A stretch of 64,000 nucleotides of DNA from Lama guanicoe (taxonomy: Eukaryota). The notes beneath the pieces are model-generated. The model was not told the origin of the DNA and ran no database searches. It was given only the letters and a program-made list of their open reading frames with translations. This document shows, piece after piece, positions 10,240 through 23,095 of this stretch. The first letter of the stretch is position 1. Each line of letters begins with the position of its first letter. The stretch lies in assembly GCA_013239625.1 (NCBI GenBank), contig MU053881.1, positions 15,244,373 through 15,308,372 on the forward strand, in the 5' to 3' direction. A program made the position numbers and the translations under genes.

Positions 10240-10360
10240 GGGGAGGAAGATATCACTCAAGCGCATGCTTGGCATGCATGAGGTCCTGGGTTCAATCCCC
10301 AGTACCTCCTCTAAAAATAAATAAATAAATAAACCAAATACTCCTCACCTCCCCCCAAAA
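10240..10360 (+). mobile_element. tRNA-derived SINE (degenerate)
   Basis: GCATGCATGAGGTCCTGGGTTCAATCCCCAGTACC core and (TAAA)n tail. Confidence 0.8.
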
Positions 10361-10379
10361 AGAACATCCTTTCTCCACA

Positions 10380-11138
10380 CAATTCTCCAGCACCTGCCAA
10401 GTGCCCTATAATTCAATTCAATTATGGTACCATCTAACCAGAGAGAGCATCAGACCCCATGGCTTAAGGGCTCAGTCCCACAAGACTGTCCTCCACCACC
10501 ACCCTTCTTCAAATGCCAGTCACAGGTCCAGATTGTCACCTGGCCTTCCAACCCAATGGCTAAAATCAGAGGTTCCCAAGATCCCCTCCTTGGGTTTGAT
10601 TAATTTTCTAGAGCAAGTCATAGAACTCAAGAAACCTGTATATTCACTAGATAACAGGTTTATTACAAAGGATATTAAAGGATATGAATCCACAGCCATA
10701 GGGCAAGGTGGGTGGAAAGGACATGGAGTTTCCAAGCCCGCTCCGAGTGCACCACCCTCCCAGCACCTCCACATGTTCACTAACCTGGAAGCTCTCCAAA
10801 GCCCATCCTTTTGGGGTTTTATGGAGGCTTCATTACCTAGGCACAACTGATTAACTCATTGGCCGTTGGGACTGAACTCCATTTCTGGCCTCTCTTCCAT
10901 GCCCAGCGGTGATGAGGGAGGGGTGAGGCTGAAAGTTCCAACCCTCTAATCACGTGAGTCATTCTCCTAGCAACCAGCCCCCAACCTTGGGTTGTTCTCC
11001 AAAAGTCATCTCTATAACATAACAAAAGACATCTTTATCTCACTCTTTACAGGAAACCCCAAGGTTTTTGGGAGCCATGTGCCAGAAATGGGGTAGAAGA
11101 CCAAATATATATTTCTTATTATAAGTCACAGTATCACA
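10380..11138 (-). mobile_element. Solo LTR, MER21-like
   Basis: Reverse complement starts TGTGATACTGTGACTTATAATAAGAAATATAT...TTTCTGGCAC, a pattern shared with the elements at 22172 and 39219. Confidence 0.65.
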
Positions 11139-11601
11139 CATATAAATGGAATCACCCAACGGTGGCCTTTGGGATCTGACTTCTTTCACTCAACGTATTT
11201 TCAAGGTTCATCTATGTGGTAGCATGTGTCAGTGTTTCATTTTTTTTTATGGTTGAATAATATTCTGGTGTATGAAGACACCACACATTGGTCATCCATT
11301 CATCCACTGATGGTCATTTGGGTTATTTCTACCTTTTGAACTATTGCTAATACAGCTTTATTGAATAGTCATATACAAGGATTTGAGGATCTGTTTTCAA
11401 TTCTTGTAAGGCTATATCTAGAAGTGGAATTGCTGGGTCATATGGTCACTCTATGTTTAACTTCGAAGCACCACTAGAAGATTTTCCACAGCCTCTACCT
11501 TTTATATATATATATTTTTTTAATTGAAGTATAGTCAGTTTACAGTGTTGTGTCAAGCCTCTGCCTTTTTATTTTTAAACTTTTATCAAGATACGACTTA
11601 C

Positions 11602-12344
11602 CGTTTACAGATAATAAATGCTGGAGCAGGTATCAAGAAAAAGGAACCCTCCCACACTATTGGTGGGAATGTAAATTGGTGCATCCACTGTAGAAATTCC
11701 TTTAAAAACTAAAAATAGACTTACCATATGATCCAGCAATCCCACTCTTGGGTATATATCTGGAAAAGACAAAAACTCTAATTCGAAAAGATACACACAC
11801 CCCAGTGTTCATAGCAGCATAGTATATATATACTATTCAGCCATAAAAAAGAATGAAATAATGCCATTTGCAGCAACGTGGGTAGACCTAGAAATTATCA
11901 TATTAAGTGAAATAAGTCAGACAGAGAAAGACAAATATCCTATGATATCACTTATACGTGGAATCTAAAAAAATGGCATAAATTCTATTTACAAACCAAA
12001 AACAGGCTCACAGACATAGAAAACTATGTTTATCAAAGGAGAAAAGGTGGGGAAGGGGTAAATTAGGAGTTTGGGACTAACAGATATATATTAATATGTA
12101 TAAAATAGATAAACAACAAGGACCTACTGTAAAGCACAGGAAACTATATCCAATTTCTTGTAATAACATATAATAGAAAAGAATCTGAAAAGAAAAAATA
12201 TATATGTATGTATATGTATAACTGAATTGCTTTGCTGTATACTTGAAACTAACATTATAAACCAACTGTACATCAGTAAAAAATAAAATAAAATTACTTA
12301 TTTTTTTAAATAAAAAAATTTAAAAGATAAAGATATTTTAAAAA
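11602..12344 (+). mobile_element. L1 3' fragment
   Basis: L1 ORF2-end and 3'UTR motifs; near-TSD AAGATA(C/T)GACTTA on both sides. Confidence 0.8.
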
Positions 12345-13789
12345 AAGATATGACTTATCAAAAGCAAAAAGGGCTAATCTTAAGTGTTCAGTTCAACAAT
12401 ATTTCACATAACTACTTCCTGAATGGGATTCTAGGACATTTCGGGCCCCATCCCTCTCCCTACCTCTGGATAACAGCTGTGCCCACCTCTGTTACCCGTT
12501 TTCCAACTTGCTATACACAGAACCAGCCAGAGCACCCTCTTTTCTATCTGGTGACTTTCACCCAATACACTGTCTGTGAATCACTGCATTCTTCACCTGT
12601 CATGTGTTTCGTTCTTTATCATTGCTGTATAGTATGCCACTGTGCATGTCTGGGAGTGAATACGCTGACTCATGAGTGGGTGTTTGTCACTTTATGAGCG
12701 GGACCAGGAATTAGTTCATTTTATTCCTCGACCTTCTCAAGGGGACACAGCCCGTGGGTGATCCCTGGGGACATGAAGGGGGTCATTAATTCCATGGCGA
12801 TTTCCACTTCACCAAACTCTGGAATGCTGGCAGCCAGGCTGATCTGGCTAACCCCTTTACGGCATCTTTAGCCGATGACCTCATGGCCAGTCCCACAGCC
12901 AGGGTAGGAGGAGGGGTACGGCAGGCAGCAGGCAGCCAGCCAGCAATGAGCTCAGTGGGCCGGGACCCTGCGTTTCTCACCTGGCAGCTTCCACGAGTCC
13001 CAGAGGCCGAGTGAGGGCAGAGGTAAACAGAGCACAGAAGCCAAGGGTCAAGCTGTTCCCTTCACTTGGCTTGGCCCCAAACCTCCCAGAATTTTCCCTC
13101 ACCATCTACTGTTAGCTATAGTCACCTTCATCAAACACACATACTGCACAAGAAAACACACAAACCCACTTCTTTCTGTTGTTTGTTTCTCGTGACGCAA
13201 GGCAAACATGGTCATGTCAGGAGATCCAGAAGGGATGAGAAAGCAGATTATTTAAAAATCTATGAGTTCATGGACTAGGAGAACTGCTAGCCTATCGCTG
13301 TGTATGCCCATTTAGGTCAGCACGTGACTGTGTCATCCAGGATGTCCCCAGCCAGCCTGGGTTCAAATCCTGGCTTAGTCCTTGAGATGCCAGGCAGAGT
13401 TGGGAAACATTTCTAATCTCTCCAAACCTCAGTTTCTCAGCATTACCCCATTATATGGCAGTTCTGAGTAAATGAGATGTACTTGGGGCTACAATCCCAA
13501 TATTTTAGAACTAATAACTATTATTATTATGAGTTGTTGGCCAATAATGTCTCAGCTTCAGTCAGAGTTGGGTTCATACAGGCCTGGGCAAACTGGCTTG
13601 GAAACTACAGCCTCCATTGGCAAACTCTTATTTATCACTTAAACCCAGGCTTTGATGTCCCATCTTCCAATCAGCCTTCCTTGGTCTCTCCCCAGGTTCC
13701 TTCAGGCTGAGGTGCCTCCCTCTGGCCCCATCCTGACCACACAGGGCTGGAGTGTCTGAGTCCGGATCTATGTCCCATCAGACCAGGGC

Positions 13790-14110
13790 CCAGAAGTTTG
13801 AAATTAAGGATCAGCAGGGCTCTGCTCCTCCAAAGGCTCTAAGGGAGGAAACTGCTCCTCCAGCTTCTGGTGGCCCCAGATGTTCCTTGGCTTGTGGGTC
13901 CCTCACTTCAGTCTCTGCCTCTGATTTCCCATGGCCTTCTCCTCTTCTCTGTCTATCTCCCCTCTTCTCTAAGGATATCTGTCATTATATTTAGGGCCCA
14001 TTGTAAAACCAGAATAATCTCATGGATTATTGCTCTTCCAAGACCATTAACTTCATTACATCTGCAAAGACCCTTGTTCCAAATAAGGTCACATTCACAG
14101 GGACTGAGGG
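13790..14110 (-). mobile_element. MaLR (MLT1-like) LTR
   Basis: AGAAGTTTGAAATTAAG...CCAAATAAGGTCACATTCAC MLT1-type motifs. Confidence 0.6.
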
Positions 14111-14278
14111 ATAAGTATCAGATTGTCAAGGTGGGTGTGGTCCAGAGAAGTGCCCTGAAACTCCTTAAGAGACACCACAGCAGTGGATGTGTGGTGATGG
14201 CATGGGGAGAAACCTAAATCTGCAGCAGAGTGTAGAGCAAAGTAATAAGTACCAAGGGAAAATGTTTTGAGCACCTAC

Positions 14279-14828
14279 TGTTACTGAAATGAACTTGGAT
14301 CTGTTCATCCACGTGCTGCTAAGTCACTCTACTGACACCGGGTTGTGGTGAAGGAAAGTACAGCATTTACTGCAGGGCACCCAGCAAGGCAGTGGGAGAC
14401 CAGCCTCAGATCCACTCCACCTTGGTCCTGGAGTGAGGAGTTTTTTAAAAGGGAAGAGCAAAGAGACTGGAATTAATCGTTGTTTTGTGACATTGCTGTG
14501 ACATTTCTTAATCGTAGTTTCAGGTATCGAGATGTCTATGGTTTATGAGTCTCTGGCCAGGTGTTCCATGGCTCCAGGGCTCTATTAGCTCATCTTACCT
14601 TGGAGAAACAACCTGGATTTTTACCTTAGAGAAGTTATCTACAACAGCAATTTTGGTACATTAACGATGTTATCTACATCAGCAATTTTAGGCATCTGAC
14701 TCTGGTTGATGAGTGTTCAGTGAGCACAAGATTGAGGTCAGAGAGGACAAGAGAGAGAATAAAGTTTTGGAGAGACGGATTGATCATAAACTTGGTAAGG
14801 AAGCGCAGTTTTGGGGAGCTTGGTTTCA
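14279..14828 (-). mobile_element. ERV1-type solo LTR
   Basis: TG...CA termini and 4-bp TSD CTAC (14275-14278 and 14829-14832). Confidence 0.75.
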
Positions 14829-15059
14829 CTACTATGTGTCTGGCATGAAAGACACCATTCTTATAAGATCTGATGAGGTGAGATGGTTATTTTCATTTCA
14901 CAGGTAACAAACTGAGGCCAGAGAGGTGGATGTGCCAAGTCCAGAAGCCAGTGAGGCTGGACTTGGAGCCCTAGGCAGCCAGCTCCCCAGCCTGCATGGT
15001 CTCCCTCAGAGCCTCTAAAACAAGAGGATATGGCTGCCCTCAGGGGTGAGCATGTGCTG

Positions 15060-15630
15060 TGTAGGTGGGGCCGGGGGCTGGGGAGGGAGGGGCACGGAGG
15101 AAGAAGAATTCTCCCTCTACCCTTCTGAGTCCTTGGCTGAGATCCCCTGTAATAAAAGACAGACTAGCAAGAGAAAAACAAGCGAAAGTTTAACATCTAT
15201 ACTTTGTGTGTATATGGGAATGGGAGATATGGAAGGAAACTGAATAAAACTTCCCAAGGTGGCCCAAGCCACTACCTTCAACAACATCTTCAGCTAAAGA
15301 CAAAAGAAGGATATTGGGGAAGAGTGTTGAGGCCAGTTATAGAAAGTGATCAGGAAAAACCAGTAAACAAGGGTAAGATCTGTTACACAAATTTTAATTT
15401 GTGTCTTCTCCATTGATAAGATACTCCAGGGATTTAGAACCAACCTTCTCTTCTTGGTACAGAGAGGGAGACATACTTCAAATGGAAATTTCCTTTATAC
15501 ATAGAAATGTCCCTTACAAAAGGGTAACTTCTGCAACATTTTCAGAGTTTCCCTTATATCTGCAGTTTCTCAAAATCATCCTTATGCCACAGAGTTATGT
15601 TCTGGAGTGGCATCTACTGCCACCCGTCAG
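15060..15630. mobile_element. Probable LTR remnant
   Basis: Resembles ERV1 LTR-type sequence; boundaries uncertain. Confidence 0.4.
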
Positions 15631-16339
15631 ATGGGACTGATACACTTACAATGTCGGGCGTACGATGGGCTTGCAATACCTGGGCATTGTGGGAAGAACC
15701 CAGGCTCAGGGAAGGGAGATCAGGGATCGAATCCCGATCCTGCCATTCCCTGGCTATGTGACCTTGGGCAGGTGGCTTGGCCTCGTTGTGCTAGGTACCT
15801 CCTTTGATGTTCTGAGTCCTGGACAGGCCACAGCTGTGAGGATCAACAGGTCTTTTTCCTTGTGCTCACATGAGAGGTGCTTTACAGGAATCCATCTATT
15901 CATGTCTTCATTCATTCATTCATTCCACAAATATTTCTTTAACATTTATTATGTGCCAGGCTTCCTTTCAAGTGACAAAAGAGGTTTCTAGGCATGGGAG
16001 GAGTAGAGGGAAGGGTGATCCTGGCAGGGGAACACAGCATGTTCAAAGGCCCTGAGGTCAGACAGGCAACTCCAGACCACAGCCTGGCAAAGGAACTTGA
16101 AATCGGACCCAAGCCCATGAGGTCAGTCACAGCAGACAGGCCTGGTTCAAATCCCACTTTGGCTTCTCCTTGGCTCCATGACCTGGGCAAGCAAGCATTT
16201 CACATCCCAGAATCTTCTCCTTGTCAAAGGTCATTTTCCTCACCTGAAAAGGTCTCTTTACAGCTCTTCAGGATCAAGAATAAGGTTAAAAAAAAAATCT
16301 ATGATCATGTAAATGTACCCCCCCGAAGTGCCCACCTCA

Positions 16340-16456
16340 GGGGAAGGTATAGCTCAGTGGTAGATCACGTGCTTAGCATGCACGAAATCCTGGGTTTAAT
16401 CCCCAGTACCTCCATTAAAATAGATAAATAAATAAAAACCTAATTACTTCCTCCTT
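16340..16456 (+). mobile_element. tRNA-derived SINE
   Basis: GGTATAGCTCAGTGGTAG...CCTGGGTTTAATCCCCAGTACC. Confidence 0.85.
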
Positions 16457-16753
16457 AAAATAATTTTTTTTAATTGCCCAACTGATGGCTGGGTTACTTC
16501 TTGAGCAAAGTCAGTTTTATTTTACTTTATTTTATTATTAAAACAATGTTTTTATCATGGTAAAATACACATAACATAAAATGTATCATTTTAACCATTT
16601 AAAAATGTACAGTTTAGTGGCATTTAGTACATTCTCAGTGTGGCATAATCATCACCACTATTTCCAGAACTTTTCTATCACCCCAAAAGGATACCATGTT
16701 CCCAATTAGCGGAGACTCCCCACTCCTTCCCCTACCCTACCCTTTGCAGCCAC

Positions 16754-17382
16754 TGAAACCGTGCCCCAGAGAGTTAACAGGAATCCTTGCATTTCTCTTG
16801 CAGAGCAACGGATAGGGGAACAGCTTGTTACAACCCCTTCAACTGCCTTCACGGATTAAGTTCACTTTAGTTATTTTTTTCTTTCTTTCTTTCTTTCTGC
16901 CTCTCTTTAACTGCATACCTTCCCAGCGTCACATAGCCCAGTTGTTTTATAGGAAACCTGGAGTCAGCTCTTGTCCACCGAGAGCCAGCTAAGGCTGACT
17001 GGGACCACTGACCCTAAAACGGAGCCTGTACAGGTGTTGGATAAATGGCCTTTTGACGTCAGCGGGCCAGAAAAATCCACCCTCAGATCGCATTAAGGGC
17101 CTCCATTTTTGAATATGCAGAAGCATGTAACCCAGATATGCCTGTGAAGAACACTGATTATCTTACCTTTTGCTTATTTCCAGTCACCTTTCCCCACGCC
17201 CAGGACCACCTGCTTATTCCATAAACATCCCACCCCCCTCATCTTCGGGGAGATGGATCTGAGACTTGTTCTCCCGTCTCCTCGCTTGGCTGCCTTGTGA
17301 ATAAATTCTTTCTCTGCTGCAAACCTCAGCACTCAGCATTTGGCTTGCTGTGTGTTGGGCAGATGGACTTGGTTCAGTAACA
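16754..17382 (+). mobile_element. ERV1-type solo LTR
   Basis: TGAAACC...CAGTAACA termini, internal AATAAA at 17300. Same terminal motifs as the inverted LTR at 14279-14828. Confidence 0.7.
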
Positions 17383-17773
17383 CTGGCATCAATATGCACG
17401 TACAAGTTTTTGTTTGAACACCTGTTTTCAGCTTTTTTGGGTATAAACCAAGGAGTGGAATTGTGGGGTCATGTGGTCATTTTGTTTAACTTGTTGGGAA
17501 ATCACCAAACCTTCTCCTGTCAGTTTGATTTTTCATCATAAAATATTCCAGGCAGACCCCGAAGTATCAATAATAAAATAACAAATACCCAGGTACCCAG
17601 CACCCTGCTAAAGAAAGAAATATTCCCAAGGGAGGTGAAGCCCTCGTCCACCTCTACCATCCATCATTCATCAAGCCCTTGTCTAAAATTTGGATTTGAT
17701 CATCCCCATGCCCGTTTATATATATACATATATATAGATGTGTATTTATATTTATATATTTAGGTGATTGGTG

Positions 17774-18365
17774 TGATACAGGACAAAGAGGGGGGTGCAG
17801 GAGGATGGCCGTGTCCCAGGTCTCATTCGAGTCCCTGGGATGCATCACGCCAAGTAAGGGTCCTTGTCTTCACACAGGGAAGAATTCAAGAGTGAGCCAT
17901 AGTTGAGTAAAAGTAGATTTATTTAGATAAATATACACTGCTGGGGTGGAGGCAGGGGGTTAAAGTAAAGGTAAATACACACTCCATAGACAGAGTGTGG
18001 GCTGTCTCAGAAGGCAAGAGAGAGGGACCCCGAGGTAAGGTGTTGCTAGTTTTTATATGCTAACAAGTGAGAGGATTATTCCAACTACTTTTGGGAAGGG
18101 GGCGGGGGTTCCCAGGAACTGGGCCACTGCTCTCTCTTTGACCTTTCATAGTTAGCCTCAGAACTGTCTTGTCTCTTGTGGGTGTGTCATTCACCATGCT
18201 TGGACATTACAATGTGTATAATGAAGCTCAAGGTCCACTGGAGGTTGACTCTCCCGCCATCTTGAGCCTCCAGGTCTATTGAGAATTGACTTTTCCACCA
18301 TCTTGGTGCTAATTGCTCTGTCATTCCTTTAATGGCTGTGCCTTTCCCCCTTTCTTTCTGTCTCA
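17774..18365 (-). mobile_element. ERV1-type solo LTR
   Basis: TG...CA termini, 4-bp TSD GGTG, minus-strand AATAAA near 17918. Confidence 0.7.
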
Positions 18366-21038
18366 GGTGTATTTAAAACTTTATTGGCAAAATGGTGCAA
18401 CAGGTAGCTCCAACCTCTCCTTCCCCGACAGTAACATCAAACAAAAACCATCAAAATCAACTTTGTTAGAACTCAGAAAAATGGTCAGAAGTTTGCAGCA
18501 ACTAAGCAAATGTTGAAACAAGAAAAAGGCAACCTGAGATGGTAGGAAAGCTTTGTGGCATTTCTACTTGCCCTTGCCCCGTCCGCTCTCCAGCTCAGCA
18601 GTGGTCTTGTAGCAGAAGTAACCCATGTTCCCACTGCAGGACCCCAGTACCTGGTTCTGGGGGGAGCAGAGCAGATCTTATTCACAAATTACTGTGTAAG
18701 TCTGTTCTAACCTGTCTGGAGGCTTCTCAAAGGACTGACAGGGCTGCTCACCTCTGAACTGCCTAACTTGGAGCTTAGGCTGGAAAAGTGCTCAAAAATT
18801 GCTCAAAAAAACTTCAAACTGAACCAACCCCATACAGACACCTAGGGCAAAAGTTTATGGTCAAAACATATCACAAACATTAAACCCTGGGAGGAAAAGC
18901 TGGGGGAGATCCTTTGAGAAATTAGGACATGCAAAAGCATCTGTGTATATGGAGGGAATTTAGAAATCCATGTGCCCACTCAGGGGCAAGACTTATGCTC
19001 AGAAAAAACCTGAGAAGACCAAGCTTTCACCTCAGGCTGATCCCTAGACTCAGGACAAGTCTGGCCAAATGCTGGAGGAGTATTCCAGTGCAGAACCAGT
19101 CTACAGAGACCGGGAGATGCAGACTTTTTGTTTGTTTGGTTAGCTTAGTTTTTTGGTTTTTCTTTTTAAGTTCCTAGAATTAAAGGAAATCTCTGTTAAG
19201 ACATTAGCTGAACATGAGCTAAAGGAGGAGAGGCTTCAGCAACCATTCGTGAAGGGGAATACAGTCTTTGCAAAAAATAGTTTGGAAAAGTACCTAAACA
19301 TAAGATATACTACAGCTTTCGATGATTCAAAAATAAAAATAAAACACCAAACCCTCAGGAAAGGGTAGAACCAAATTTCCAGAGTTACCATATTATAATA
19401 TTCAAATGCCTAGTTTTCAACAACAACAAAAAAACATAAGGCATAAAAACATGAAAGTACAGGCCATTAAAAAGAACAGAATTAATTGACAGAAATCATC
19501 TTTTAGAAAGCCCAGACATCAGACTTACCAGACAAACACTTTAAAATAACTGTCTTAAACATGCTGAAAGAGCTAAGGGAAAATATGAAAAAAAAGAACT
19601 AAAGGAAATCAGGAAAACAAAATGTATGAACAAAATGAGATTATCAATAAAAAGATACAAATTAGGAAAAGAAATCAAACAGAAATTCTGCATCTGAAAA
19701 GTACAATAACTGAAATGAAAAACTCACTAGGGGGCTCAAGAGAAGACTTGAGCCACAGAAGAAAGAATCAGCAGATCCGAAGACAGGACAATTGAGATTA
19801 TCAAACCTGAAGAGCAGAAAGCAAAAAGAATGAAGAAAAGTGAACTGAAAGGAAAGATATCCCATGCTCTTGGACTGGAAGAATTAATATTGTTGAATGT
19901 CCATTGACAGATGACTGGATAAAGAAGCTGTGGTATACTTATTCAACAGAATACTACTCAGCCATAAAAAAGAATAAAATAATGCCATTTGCAGCAACAT
20001 GGATGGACCTAGAGAATGTCATTTTAAGTGAAGTAAGCCAAAAAGAGAAAGAAAAATACCATATGATATCACTTATATGTGCAACCTAAAAAAAAAAAAA
20101 AAAGAAGACACAAACTTACAAAACAGAAACAGACTCACAGACATAGAAAACAAACAAGGTTACCAGGCGAAAGGGGGTACAAAGGGATAAATTGGGAGTT
20201 CGAGATTTGCAGATATACAGTACCATACATAAAACAGATAAGCAACAAGTTTATACTGTATAGCACAGGGGACTACATCCAATAGCTTGTAATAACGTAT
20301 AAGGGAACAGAATATGACAAGATATACACATAGAAGATATATATGTATAACTGAATCACTATGCTGTACACCAGAAACTAATACAACACTGTAAATCAAC
20401 TATACTTCAATTAAAAAAAAATGAAGGTGAAATCAAGACATTCTCAGATGAGCAAAAGTTGATGGAGGTGATTTTTTGTTTTTTTTTTAACCGTTGTATC
20501 TGTCCTGCAAGAAATGCTAAAGGGAGTCTGGTAGGTTGAAATGAAGGAACGCTAGGCAGTAAACTCAGAGCCATATCTAAGGACTGAAGGGAGAAGTAAC
20601 TAGTTCTACAATAACAGTTGGAGACTTCAATATCCTACTTTAATAACGGATAGAACGTCTAGACAGAAGAGTAACAATATGCAGGATTGAACAATACTGT
20701 AAACCAACTAGATCAAACAGACATCTACAGAACACTTCTTCAACAAGAGCAAAAAACACATTCTTATCAAATGTACATGAGACATGCTCCAGTATAGATC
20801 ATATGTCAGAAAAGAAGCAATTTTCAATAAATTTTAGAAGGCTGAAATCATCTCCAGTTACAAAGGAATGATGCTAGAAATCAATAATAGAAGGAAAACT
20901 GGAATGATCACAAATATGCAGATATTAAATGACATTCTCTTAAAGAAACAATGGATCAAAGAAGAAATCATGAAAGAAATTGGAAAATGCTTAAGGATGA
21001 ATGAAAACAAAACCACAACATACTAAAAGTAATGGGAT

Positions 21039-21165
21039 GGGGAGAGGGTATAGCTCAGTGGTAGAGAACATGCTCCTGGGTTCTGGGTTCAATTCCCGGT
21101 ACCTCTATTTAAAAAAAAAACAACCTAATAATAAATAAATAAATAGATCTAATGACCTTCCCCAG
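21039..21165 (+). mobile_element. tRNA-derived SINE nested in L1
   Basis: A and B boxes present; flanked by the repeated TAAAAGTAATGGGATG (TSD-like). Confidence 0.85.
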
Positions 21166-21629
21166 CCAAATTAAAAGTAATGGGATGCAGCAAAGGCTCA
21201 TAAGGAAATTGACAACTTTAAATGGCTACATTGAAAAAGAAAAAAAATCTCCAATCATTAACCTAACTTTACACTTTGAGGAAGTAGGAAAAGAAGAGTA
21301 AACTAAAATCAATGCTAGCAGAAGGAAGGAAATCATAAAGATTAGAGCAGAGATCAATAAAATACAGAATAAAGAAATAACAGAATCATTGGAATTAATG
21401 AAACCAAAAGTTGCTTCTTTGAAAAGATCAACAAAAATCAACAAACTTTTAGCTAGGTTGACAAAGAAAAAAGAAATGCAAATAACTCAAATCAGAAATA
21501 AAAATTGGGCATAACTACTGATTTCATAAAAATAAAGGAGATAATAAGAAACAACATGGTCTTACTGTATAGCACTGGGAACTATATTCAGTAGGCTGTA
21601 ATACCTATAGTGAAAAAGAACATGAAAAA

Positions 21630-21631
<2 letters not shown>

Positions 21632-21670
<39 letters not shown>
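21632..21670. repeat. (TA)n microsatellite
   Basis: Directly visible. Confidence 0.9.
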
Positions 21671-21673
<3 letters not shown>

Positions 21674-22171
21674 GAATAACTATGCTGTACACCAGAAAAT
21701 GAACACAGCATTGTAAATCAAATATATATATATATATATATAACTGAATCACTATGCTGTACACCAGAAACTGAACACAGCATTGTAAATCAACTATACT
21801 TTGTTGGGAAAAAAAACAATAAGGATACTATGAAAAATTGCATGTTCAGAAATTAGATAACCTAGATGAAATGGACAAATTCCTAGAAACATACAAATTA
21901 CCTAAACTGACTCAAGAAGAAATAGAAAATCCTTACAGACCTATAACAGACGAAGAAATGGAATCAATAATCAAAAACCTTCCAACAAAAGAGAAGTCCA
22001 AGACCAAATGGCTTCACTAGTGAATCCTACCAATCATTTGATGGATAGTGAGTGCCAATTCTTATCTAATTCTTCCAAAAAATAGAAGGGGACACAACAG
22101 TTCTAACAAGGCCAGAATTACCCTGATAATAATGACAGATACACATGTCACGAGAAAAGAATATTACACAC

Positions 22172-23095
22172 TGTGAGATAATAGTATATATATATAAGTC
22201 TCTGCCCTCAATTCCTGGCACAGAACTCTTGAAACCCTTGTAACTTCCCAAGTGGTAAGAGCACTAGGACATCTTTTGTTCTAACATTTGCTCTTTGACC
22301 CTGGTTCCCAACACAAAGTTCCTCAGTCCTCTGGAATTTCCTGGGTGATAGGAGTGTCTTTTGTTGTAATGAGGTGACTCTGGCTGGGCTTGTAGTAGAT
22401 GGTTCCTGGATGAGGGACTGGTCACCAGGAGATCCAAGCCATGATTAGAAGCTTGGAATTTTCAGCCATATCTCCCATTGTCCAGAGAGGCAAGATGGCC
22501 TGGAAATGGAGTTAATGATTGATCATACCTACAGGATGAAGCCTCCATAAAAATCCCAAAGTGCGGGATTCAGAGAGCTTCCAGATTGGTGAACACATGG
22601 AGGTGCTGGGAGAAGGGCAGAGGAGCTCTGTGCCCCTTCCCACACACCTTGCCGTACGCATCTCTTTCAACTGGATGCTCCTCTATATCCTTATCCTATC
22701 TTTTTATAATAAGCAGGTAAACACGGAGTAAACTGTTGCCCTGCGTTCTATGAGCTGCTCTAACAAATTAATTCAACCCGAACAGCGGGTTGCGGGAAGC
22801 CCCGATTTATAACTGATTAGTCAGAAGCACAGGTGACAATCTGGACTTGAGATTGGCATCTCAACTGGGGGCAGTCTTGTGAGACTAAGACCTTAACCTG
22901 TGGCTCTGATGCTATCTCCAGGTAGAGTATCAGAACTGAGTTAAATTGTCAGACACTCAGCTGGTGTCATAGAGAATCGTTTGTTGAGATGGAAAAACAC
23001 GGAAGTGCTTTTCTGTGTCAGAGGTGTTGTGAGTGTGGTAGTGCCGTGAGAGTAAAGGAAAAACCCAAAAAGAGGACTGAGATTTTTCCTAAAAC
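22172..23095 (+). mobile_element. Solo LTR, MER21-like, inside L1 ORF2
   Basis: TGTGAGATAATAG...TTCCTGGCACAGAACTC and CAGAAGCACAGGTGACAA motifs shared with 39219-40025. Confidence 0.7.
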
